A stretch of DNA of 57,386 bases from NCBI GenBank assembly GCA_002502215.1, contig DAPT01000073.1, positions 9,555 to 66,940 of the forward strand, read 5' to 3'. Origin of the DNA: Euryarchaeota archaeon UBA124 (GTDB taxonomy: Archaea; Thermoplasmatota; Poseidoniia; Poseidoniales; Poseidoniaceae). The notes below the pieces were generated by a model. The model was not told the DNA's origin. It did not search any database and saw only the letters and a list, made by a program, of their open reading frames with translations. Below, in pieces: positions 16,631 through 24,614 of the stretch (positions are counted from its first letter, which is position 1; every line of letters starts with the position of its first letter). The position numbers were made by a program, and so were the translations under genes.

Positions 16631-18868
16631 ATGATGGCTGGTGGCGGTGCAATAACAACGATTGACAGTGGAATCATTGAATATGCGATATTTATCGTTC
16701 TTTTACCAATGCTCGCATTCCCAATCATTCTCTTCCTTGGACATATTTTCAATGGAAACCAAACATGGGTAAAGTCGGCGAAAGAAGGGGGTCTCATCGC
16801 ACTACCGATAATGGTTGCAAGTTTCGTTCTCTCTTTACTTCTCATTGTTGAATTCATAGGAGCAAGCCAAGGAGAATATTCCATTGGGACATGGTTGTCC
16901 TTTGGCTGGATTGATGCCAATACAATGGAAATTGATGACATGGCGTTTGGGGTTGGAATCTACATTGACCACGTCACAGTGATGCTTCTCTTCGTCGCTT
17001 CCTTCCTCTGCATGCTCATTAACATCTTCAGCATTGGATACATGAACACCGATCCAATTAACGACAACCGAAACCATCGTTTCTACGCTGAATTTGTCCT
17101 TTTCTGTTCAGGTATGCTCGGTATGGTTCTGGCTGATTCCTTCCTTTGGTTGTTCATCTTCTGGGAACTGATGGGTCTCTGTTCATACCTCCTCATTGGA
17201 TTTTACTACGAGAAACCGAGTGCAGCATATGCAGCAAAGAAAGCATTCCTTACGACCCGTATAGGAGACGTTTTTCTCGTAATAGGTTTAGTTATGCTGT
17301 GGAATCTTTTCGGTTCACTTGACTATGATGTCGTTTTCTATGAGGGTAACATTGCAAAAGTCGATCCAGGCGAACTTCAACTTGCTTTGGGCATGATGTT
17401 TATTGGCGCAGTTGGTAAATCTGCTCAATTCCCACTCCACGTATGGCTTCCCGATGCGATGGAAGGACCAACACCCGTTTCAGCTCTAATCCACGCTGCA
17501 ACGATGGTCAACGCCGGTCTCTATCTCGTTGCTCGAATGTTCCCATTCTTTGCGAATGGGGATATGGCCGGTGAACTCGTTGACCTCGCATTCATTATTG
17601 CCGCAATAGGAGGTATTACCGCCGTCATGGCTGCTGCAATTGCCTTTGTTCAAGATGATTTGAAGAAGGTGCTGGCATACTCCACAATGAGTCAACTGGC
17701 TTACATATTCACTGGATTAGGAGCTGCATTATGGCTTGCAAACACACCTGGAAAAGAAAAATATGCAATCGTGGCTTTCGGAGCTGCACTGTTCCACCTT
17801 TTCAATCACGCAATGGCAAAAGGAATGCTCTTCATGGCAAGTGGTTCTGTCATCCATGAGATGCATCATGCACACCATGACACTCATCATCACGATGACC
17901 ACGGCGACGATCACCATGACGACCATCACGATGACTTCGACGCACAGTCGATGTCGAACATGGGTGGCCTTGCATCGAAGATGCCGATTACTGCAACAGC
18001 GATGTTGGTGGGCTCAGCGTCCATTATGGGATTGCCATTCATTGGAGGATTTTGGTCGAAGGAGGGCATCATTGCAAATGCATGGCGTGTTGCGCTCGAA
18101 GACCCTCGGTTCTTCTTCCCGGCTGCTTGTGTTCTTCTTGGCGCTGCCATGACTGGATTTTACATGTCGAGAATGTGGCTCAAGACGTTCGCAGGCAAAC
18201 CAAAGACGGAAGTTGCAGAGCACGTCCACGAACAAACACCATGGATTCCAATTCCATTGGTCGTTCTGACGTTCGTATCATTGTCGAGTGTGATTCTAGC
18301 TGGAATGATGTTTACGCATTGGTCAAGCGATACTGGTTATGCTTTCTTTAGCGATAAGAATCTCATCGATGGTATGATCTACGAATTTGAACACGTATTC
18401 CTCAATCCAGATGCGTTCTTCTTCGTCTTGACGTATGTGGCCATCTTCATTGGCGCAATTGTTGGCCCTGGCCTTGCTATGGCTCTTTACGGTGGATCGC
18501 TCAAAGAAGGTGAGAAAGCAAAACCATGGATGCAGCCAATCGTCAACTTGTCGTCACGAGTCAACAAAAAACGTGGATTCGACAACAGCGCATGGGCGAA
18601 TTCGGGTCTTTCAGATGCACTTAGGGAACGATTGTATTTTGACAAGTGGTACGATGCGGCCATGCTGAAACTTGTTGTCGGTTTCGCAAACATCAGTGCT
18701 GCTTTCGATCGAAATGTTGTTGATGGAACCATCAAAACAATCGAATCAACATCTCAGAAAATCTCCACACAGGTTCGCCGCTTGACAACTGGATCTGCTC
18801 GAGACTACATCATGATGGCAGCCTTGGGTGTCCTTGTCATCTACTTGCTTCTGGGGGTGATGATTTGA
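16631..18868 (+). CDS. nuoL: NADH-quinone oxidoreductase subunit L (ND5, antiporter-like)
   Basis: 745 aa. Motifs WELMGLCSYLLIGFYY, GKSAQFPLHVWLPDAMEGPTPVSALIHAATMV, and a long C-terminal lateral-helix region. Contains a His/Asp-rich tract at 17855-17935. Confidence 0.95.
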   Translation: MMAGGGAITTIDSGIIEYAIFIVLLPMLAFPIILFLGHIFNGNQTWVKSAKEGGLIALPIMVASFVLSLLLIVEFIGASQGEYSIGTWLSFGWIDANTMEIDDMAFGVGIYIDHVTVMLLFVASFLCMLINIFSIGYMNTDPINDNRNHRFYAEFVLFCSGMLGMVLADSFLWLFIFWELMGLCSYLLIGFYYEKPSAAYAAKKAFLTTRIGDVFLVIGLVMLWNLFGSLDYDVVFYEGNIAKVDPGELQLALGMMFIGAVGKSAQFPLHVWLPDAMEGPTPVSALIHAATMVNAGLYLVARMFPFFANGDMAGELVDLAFIIAAIGGITAVMAAAIAFVQDDLKKVLAYSTMSQLAYIFTGLGAALWLANTPGKEKYAIVAFGAALFHLFNHAMAKGMLFMASGSVIHEMHHAHHDTHHHDDHGDDHHDDHHDDFDAQSMSNMGGLASKMPITATAMLVGSASIMGLPFIGGFWSKEGIIANAWRVALEDPRFFFPAACVLLGAAMTGFYMSRMWLKTFAGKPKTEVAEHVHEQTPWIPIPLVVLTFVSLSSVILAGMMFTHWSSDTGYAFFSDKNLIDGMIYEFEHVFLNPDAFFFVLTYVAIFIGAIVGPGLAMALYGGSLKEGEKAKPWMQPIVNLSSRVNKKRGFDNSAWANSGLSDALRERLYFDKWYDAAMLKLVVGFANISAAFDRNVVDGTIKTIESTSQKISTQVRRLTTGSARDYIMMAALGVLVIYLLLGVMI

Positions 18869-20430
18869 ACATTGATTTCCTCTCAATGCTGGTCATCGTA
18901 CCAATTCTTGCAAGTATACTCTTGTTGCTTATGACTTCTCGGCTCAACCCAGAGGCCCGGGAAAAGTTTGGTGCGCCAACTCGCATGGCCGCGTTCATCA
19001 TCTCGTTGGCAATGTTTGGTGTTACAACCATGATGTTCCTTGGACAAATTGGAGATGTGGGTTGGAATAATATTGAGTTCAACAATTTCGAATTCAAAGA
19101 ATCCTATGTTTGGATTGAACAACTCGGTATCACTTGGACAGTTGGTGTTGACGGACTTTCCTTCCCAATGGTATGGCTAACAACGTTGTTGATGCCAATC
19201 ACCATCATTGCAACATGGAACGAGAAGGCAGGAGCAACGTACTTCCCGCTCATGCTCATGCTCGGTGGTGCACTGATTGGTGTCTTTGTCGCTCTTGACA
19301 TGTTCATGTTCTATGTCTTCTGGGAATTGACACTCATTCCAATGTTCTTCATGATTCTCAAGTGGGGCGGGAAGGACCGAAAGTATGCAGCGCAGAAGTT
19401 CTTCATCTACACCTTCACTGCATCCGTCATCATGCTTCTCGGCTTGCTGACGATGTACTTCCTGATGGATACGCAAACCTTCAGCATGCAAGAGATGGTT
19501 GTTCAAGCAAGCGGCGCCAACGCAAACGGTGTTTGGCTTGGGCTTGAAGTCCAGAAGGTTCTCTTCATCATGCTCATGCTTGGTTTCCTCGTCAAACTAC
19601 CAGCAGCACCGTTCCATACTTGGCTTCCCGATGCACACGTTCAGGCACCAACCGGCGGTTCGATGATGTTGGCTGGTGTGATGTTGAAGATGGGTGCCTA
19701 CGGTATGTTCCGTCTACCTATCTCCCTCTTCCCTCATGCATTGGAGACATTCCAATACGCAATCATGATGATCGGTTTGGTCTCTCTGGTTTGGGGAGCC
19801 ATCGTCTGTCTCGGACAAACCAACCTCAAGAAGATGGTTGCTTATTCTTCTGTTTCACACATGGGTGTCATTCTCCTAGGTATTGCAAGCATGCAACCGC
19901 TCGGATGGGCTGCAGCACTCTTTATGATGTTCGCCCACGGAATCATCAGCCCAATGCTGTTCGCCGTCTGTGGCGCCTTCAAGCACCATTACCACAGTAT
20001 GGAGATTGGGGCAATGCGAGGTATGGCCAAGCACTCACCATGGCTTGCCACAAGCATGATGTTCGGTTGGATGGCCTCTCTCGGTCTTCCATTGTTGGCA
20101 GGATTCGTTGCTGAATTGATGCTCATGATTGCCTACTGGGATGCATACGGCTGGTTGATCATCTTCCCAGGTCTTGTTCTTGCGATAACCGCAGCTTACT
20201 ACCTATGGTCCATGCAGCGAACCATCTTCGAAGGCGGAGAGGCAACACAACCTCCAGAAAGCCTGCACGGAGATCCAGTTCCAGACATTGACAACTCAGA
20301 AAAAGTTGCAATGCTCTTGCTTGCAGCCTTTACCATCCTCTTTGGTGTCATGCCGTGGATTTTCCTCGACATGATGGACATGTGGACTCAAAGCGCAATG
20401 AAATTCCTCTTCCGCCTTGGAGGTGTCTGA
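18865..20430 (+). CDS. nuoM: NADH-quinone oxidoreductase subunit M (ND4)
   Basis: Motifs FYVFWELTLIPMFFMI, KLPAAPFHTWLPDAHVQAPTGGSMMLAGVMLKMG and YSSVSHMG. The TTG start overlaps the nuoL stop; ATG 18886 is an alternative start. Confidence 0.93.
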   Translation: MNIDFLSMLVIVPILASILLLLMTSRLNPEAREKFGAPTRMAAFIISLAMFGVTTMMFLGQIGDVGWNNIEFNNFEFKESYVWIEQLGITWTVGVDGLSFPMVWLTTLLMPITIIATWNEKAGATYFPLMLMLGGALIGVFVALDMFMFYVFWELTLIPMFFMILKWGGKDRKYAAQKFFIYTFTASVIMLLGLLTMYFLMDTQTFSMQEMVVQASGANANGVWLGLEVQKVLFIMLMLGFLVKLPAAPFHTWLPDAHVQAPTGGSMMLAGVMLKMGAYGMFRLPISLFPHALETFQYAIMMIGLVSLVWGAIVCLGQTNLKKMVAYSSVSHMGVILLGIASMQPLGWAAALFMMFAHGIISPMLFAVCGAFKHHYHSMEIGAMRGMAKHSPWLATSMMFGWMASLGLPLLAGFVAELMLMIAYWDAYGWLIIFPGLVLAITAAYYLWSMQRTIFEGGEATQPPESLHGDPVPDIDNSEKVAMLLLAAFTILFGVMPWIFLDMMDMWTQSAMKFLFRLGGV

Positions 20431-20431
20431 A

Positions 20432-22117
20432 ATGTCAACAGAAAACGAATTTGATGCCGACATGATTGAGACACTTGGTCCAGAATTCACTGTGTTCGTT
20501 GGATTGTTATTGATTATGATCGTCCCAAATCTTGGAAACGGAACGTTCCGAATTCCAGGTACATCGATTCGACTGCCTTGGTTCCTTGGCGGAACACGCT
20601 ACAAGGCAGTCGCATCACCTCGTCTACCAGGTCTCTTGGCCGTTCTTACGATGGCCGTCGCACTGTTCCAAGTGGTTTGGTATCTTCTTGACGCATCAGC
20701 GGCGGATAGCAAGATTATCTCAAGCGAAAACGGAATTGAAATCTTCAAAGTGAACATGTTCTCCAGAATTTTCGAGGCCATCTTCTTTGCAGCATTGCTT
20801 CTCGCTGCAATTGCATCGCTTGATCGCTTGCCAACAGGCTCCCAGAAGAGCGATGACATTGATGTGTTGTTCAACAACCGTCGTCAAGCAGACTTCTACA
20901 TCTTGATGCTGACTTCAGCACTTGGAATGAGTGTTGTTGCGCTTGCCCAAGACATGTTTGTTTTGTTTGTTGGATTGGAACTTGCCTCCTTTTCGACCTA
21001 TGTTCTCGTCGCCTTCCACAAAGAAACACGAGCAGGTTCAGAAGGTGGTGCCAAGTACTTCATCGTCGGTTCGGTTGCCTCTGCTGTTGGACTCTACGGT
21101 CTGAGTATGCTTTACTTGTGGGCGGGTTCGTTGCAATTCGATGCACTCGCAGCAAAGTGGGCTGCTGACGGTGCTTCATCTCTTAGCATGATGGCACTTG
21201 GATTTGTACTGGTTGGCTTTGCCTTCAAGATCAGCGCTGCTCCGTTTCACTTCGCTGCACCCGATGCTTATTCAGGTGCAAACAGCCCTGTTGCAGGTGT
21301 CTTGGCAACCGCAAGCAAGGCTATGGGTATGCTCGGTTTGATGCGTGTTCTGTTGCTCATCACCGTGCCCGATGCAGATGCCGATGGTTCGGCTATTTGG
21401 GTTGGACTTCTTGGTGTCCTCGCAGCAGTTACAATGACTTGGGGCAACATTGCTGCGCTTGGAAGTGAGAATCCAAAACGAATGCTCGCATACTCATCGG
21501 TTGCCCATGCAGGTTACATGCTGGCTGCATTGACCGCTATCGGTGCTTGGAACTGGGGACTGGTGGATAACGGAGGCGACGCCATGGATGTGGTTGTAGC
21601 GGCTCTTCTCTTCCACATGTTCGTTCTTGTGTTCTTCAAACTCGGAGCCTTCCTTGTCCTTGGTGTCCTCGAGATGGAAGGAGGAGCCTCGAGACTCTCC
21701 TCACTTGCTGGACTTGGAAAGCGTGAGCCACTCATTGCTGTTGCCATGTTCCTGTTCATGATCTCACTCGCTGGTGTACCACCAATGGCTGGATTCTTGT
21801 CCAAGCTGCTCGTCATCATGGGAATTGTTGAGGTTGCAACAGGAACGGGTTCTCTCTCAGCGATTGGCGACGCCCATTGGGTTTGGTGGCTTGCTCTACT
21901 CATGGTCATAAACAGCGCCATTTCGATGTTTTACTATCTTCGTATTGGTGTTGTCATGTACTTCCACGAGCCCGAAGAAGGACGAGAGGGAGCTCTTGCA
22001 TCTGGTTCATCCATTCGAGTTGCAATCGCACTATGCGCAATTGGAACCGTTGCATTCGGGTTGTATGGCGGCGAACTTATCGAACTTTGCCGCAATGCTG
22101 CAGATTCACTCCAATGA
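20432..22117 (+). CDS. nuoN: NADH-quinone oxidoreductase subunit N (ND2)
   Basis: Motifs FKISAAPFHFAAPDAYSGANSPVAGVLATASKA and MLAYSSVAHAGYM. ATG 20432 is preceded by GGAGGTG (20418-20424). Confidence 0.9.
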   Translation: MSTENEFDADMIETLGPEFTVFVGLLLIMIVPNLGNGTFRIPGTSIRLPWFLGGTRYKAVASPRLPGLLAVLTMAVALFQVVWYLLDASAADSKIISSENGIEIFKVNMFSRIFEAIFFAALLLAAIASLDRLPTGSQKSDDIDVLFNNRRQADFYILMLTSALGMSVVALAQDMFVLFVGLELASFSTYVLVAFHKETRAGSEGGAKYFIVGSVASAVGLYGLSMLYLWAGSLQFDALAAKWAADGASSLSMMALGFVLVGFAFKISAAPFHFAAPDAYSGANSPVAGVLATASKAMGMLGLMRVLLLITVPDADADGSAIWVGLLGVLAAVTMTWGNIAALGSENPKRMLAYSSVAHAGYMLAALTAIGAWNWGLVDNGGDAMDVVVAALLFHMFVLVFFKLGAFLVLGVLEMEGGASRLSSLAGLGKREPLIAVAMFLFMISLAGVPPMAGFLSKLLVIMGIVEVATGTGSLSAIGDAHWVWWLALLMVINSAISMFYYLRIGVVMYFHEPEEGREGALASGSSIRVAIALCAIGTVAFGLYGGELIELCRNAADSLQ

Positions 22118-22169
22118 TAAGGGGCGACTTCAAGAGGGGTTGACCTCTCGAATAACACGGTGAGACCCT

Positions 22170-22793
22170 ATGGGACGACGTTTTGAGGAAAAGGTGGACG
22201 AGGAAGAACTCGCACGCTTGGAAAATCCTGAAGGCTCATCCGGTAAAATTCGAGTAAAACTCCCGAACAACGGTAAATCCAAGGGCGAACTTGGTTACAA
22301 AGGAGAAATGTTTGCACTTGCAGAGGAGATTCTCGGTGGCCGACGCGTGACTGTTCTCTGTGCCGATGGCGAAACGCGAATGGCTCGAATTCCTGGTAAG
22401 ATGCGTCGCAGACAATGGGTCCGCGAAGGAGATTTGATCATCGTTTGGCCCTGGGATTTCCAAGATTCAAAGGCGGATGTTAAGCACCGTTATACGAAGA
22501 CACAAGCAATGTACCTCTCTCGAAAACAGGTCCTTCCGGACGTTGTTGACATGTTTGGTATGAATTCTCGTAGTGATGAGGATGACATTGGCGATGACTT
22601 GTTTGGTTCTTCTGACGCACCTGAAGAGGTTGTTGAAGAAACCGAGGATGACGATGACGACGTTGATGACATGTTTGGTTCAGATGAAGGTGAAGTTGTC
22701 GACGAACAACCGGTTATCGAGGATATGCCAGAACCCGAACCGCTCGATGATGACGACGATGACGACGACGATATCGATGCTTTGTTCGCTTGA
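22170..22793 (+). CDS. eif1a: Translation initiation factor aIF1A with ~85-aa acidic C-terminal tail
   Basis: S1/OB core GEMFALAEEILGGRRVTVLCADGETRMARIPGKMRRRQWVREGDLIIVWPWDFQDSKADVKHRY. The tail is D/E-rich with repeated DxFG motifs and ends in DDDDDDDDIDALFA. Confidence 0.9.
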   Translation: MGRRFEEKVDEEELARLENPEGSSGKIRVKLPNNGKSKGELGYKGEMFALAEEILGGRRVTVLCADGETRMARIPGKMRRRQWVREGDLIIVWPWDFQDSKADVKHRYTKTQAMYLSRKQVLPDVVDMFGMNSRSDEDDIGDDLFGSSDAPEEVVEETEDDDDDVDDMFGSDEGEVVDEQPVIEDMPEPEPLDDDDDDDDDIDALFA

Positions 22794-22847
22794 AAGGCAA
22801 AGGATTGAAGTCCATCGAATACAAACAAACAGTCGAGGGGTTTTGAC

Positions 22848-23843
22848 ATGGCACGTTCTGGCGATGACTGGGATGAGTTAACCGAACGGACCCGCCAACG
22901 TAAGCAGACACGTCGCAAGAGAGGTCGACGTCAACGTTCCAAGGAAGAGCAAGCCGACGACGACCATGATAATCGGCACACTTCGAAATTCATCTCAGAT
23001 CTTGCAAAAAAAGACAGTCAGTACAATTGGATGAAAGAAGAAAAGAACAAACGAATGTTCAAGAAAATCGAAAACCGAATACAAGGAGCAATGGGAACAG
23101 GTACCTATGACTGGGTAGATCGTCGTGTCTTTGATCAGGTTTTCGACCGATTAACGCTCATGTCGCTTTTCAAATTGATGAATGCTGGGGCACTAGATAC
23201 GCTTGATTTCCCAGTTGCGCGCGGGAAAGAAGCTCACGTTTTCCACGGAACGAATATCGAAGGAAAGAGTGTGGCAGTGAAAATTTTTCATACTTCAAAT
23301 GCGGTGTTCAAGAATCTGATGCAATACATTGAGGGCGATCCAAGATTCGGTGGCCTTCGCCGACGCCATCGTGATCTTGTTGATATTTGGGTTCGAAAAG
23401 AACATCGCAACCTCATGCGACTCCATAGGTGGGGTCTTCCTGTGCCTCAACCTCTGGCCATTCACAAAAACGTCTTGGTCATGGATTACCTCGGTACAGA
23501 GTCGCAACCATCTCCGAAATTACGGGATGTCCTGGTCGAAAACCCTCAGGCTGTTTACGACGAGATGCTCGAATTTCTTGCGGTATCTTGGCAAAAGGCT
23601 GAACTTGTCCATGGCGATTTTTCACCGTTTAACATTCTCTGGCATGGAAACGCTCCAGTCGTAATTGATGTAGGCCAAGGTGTAGTTCAGAATCACCCCA
23701 AGGCCAAGGAATTTCTCGTACGAGATGTCACACGCCTTGTTGAGTGGGCCAACAAAAACGGAATTAGTGTCGAACTCGCAGATGCAATGTACGACGTTCT
23801 TGAGATGGATCTCTCACACGTTGTGGAACGTGAAGAGGAGTAA
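22848..23843 (+). CDS. rio1: RIO-type serine/threonine protein kinase (Rio1-like) with basic N-terminal extension
   Basis: RIO motifs ARGKEAHVFHG, VAVKIF, VHGDFSPFNILW and VIDVGQGV. The N-terminus is Arg/Lys-rich: RQRKQTRRKRGRRQRSKEE. Confidence 0.9.
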   Translation: MARSGDDWDELTERTRQRKQTRRKRGRRQRSKEEQADDDHDNRHTSKFISDLAKKDSQYNWMKEEKNKRMFKKIENRIQGAMGTGTYDWVDRRVFDQVFDRLTLMSLFKLMNAGALDTLDFPVARGKEAHVFHGTNIEGKSVAVKIFHTSNAVFKNLMQYIEGDPRFGGLRRRHRDLVDIWVRKEHRNLMRLHRWGLPVPQPLAIHKNVLVMDYLGTESQPSPKLRDVLVENPQAVYDEMLEFLAVSWQKAELVHGDFSPFNILWHGNAPVVIDVGQGVVQNHPKAKEFLVRDVTRLVEWANKNGISVELADAMYDVLEMDLSHVVEREEE

Positions 23844-23844
23844 G

Positions 23845-24588
23845 TCACTCTTCTTCCCACGTTACTGACTCGTCTTCTGCCATTTCCATCATCGCTTCGA
23901 CGGCTTCATCATCTTGCGGATCGATTTGGCTCGCTCGTAGTCGTCGTCCTCTGCGTTCGGAGATGTCAGCAAGTCCTGGTACCAGTCCATCAAACCCGTC
24001 TGCTCGCCCCTCATCCTGTCGTGTTTCGATGTATTCAAGCGATCGATTGTCCACTTTCATTCGCTTTCGGCTTCGCTCCAGGAATGCGAGTACACTGCCG
24101 TGCTCAGAGCCACCTGCAATCATTTCAATGGCTTGACGGGCCAATCCAAGGCCGTCAGCATCTCCGACCAAAACAACGGTCGATTTGTAAATTGTAATCT
24201 CAACATCAGTGAGGTTCTCAATCAGACGTCGAATCTTTCCTTGGCTTCCAATAATACGGGCACGAATCCGACGTTGTTGATGGGAGCGCTTACCAACGAA
24301 ATCTTTCAAATCAACCATTTCAAAGAAATTGCCGTCTTCAAGCAACCGAATTGCAGCATTTGGTGCCATTCCTCGTCCAATGGCTTTGATGACATCTGGG
24401 AATTTCATTGCTTTGATTGGGTCGTACGAACCTGGTTCTCCCCATACAACCTCGACATCACCGGATTCAGAATCAATGTGGAATTCTTTGGACCCCGATG
24501 CTTCCCGGAGTGCTTTTGCTGTCGCTCCTTTTGATCCAATGAGGACCGCGATTCTGTCCTTGGGGATACGTGGCAACCCTTGTCGCAT
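23845..24588 (-). CDS. KH-domain RNA-binding protein (Dim2/Pno1-like)
   Basis: Two KH modules with GxxG loops (VLIGSKGATAKALRE; RIIGSQGKIRRLIE) and an acidic C-terminal extension. It is convergent with rio1, with stop codons 1 nt apart. Confidence 0.85.
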   Translation of the reverse strand: MRQGLPRIPKDRIAVLIGSKGATAKALREASGSKEFHIDSESGDVEVVWGEPGSYDPIKAMKFPDVIKAIGRGMAPNAAIRLLEDGNFFEMVDLKDFVGKRSHQQRRIRARIIGSQGKIRRLIENLTDVEITIYKSTVVLVGDADGLGLARQAIEMIAGGSEHGSVLAFLERSRKRMKVDNRSLEYIETRQDEGRADGFDGLVPGLADISERRGRRLRASQIDPQDDEAVEAMMEMAEDESVTWEEE

Positions 24589-24614
24589 GTATCAATGCCA
24601 CTCGCCACGCTTTT

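Noticed and set aside
17729-18152. ORFs 17729-17929 (-) and 17736-18152 (+), rich in Met/Val/Ile/Thr runs.
   Set aside because: These are alternative-frame and antisense readings of the NuoL His/Asp tract. NuoL is continuous and conserved through this region.
22490-22918. 142-aa Ser-rich minus-strand ORF, and the 102-aa plus-strand ORF 22573-22881.
   Set aside because: These are the reverse-complement and alternative-frame readings of the GAT/GAC/GAA-rich acidic tail of aIF1A. Poly-Ser and poly-Met/Thr low-complexity sequence is an artefact of that tract.
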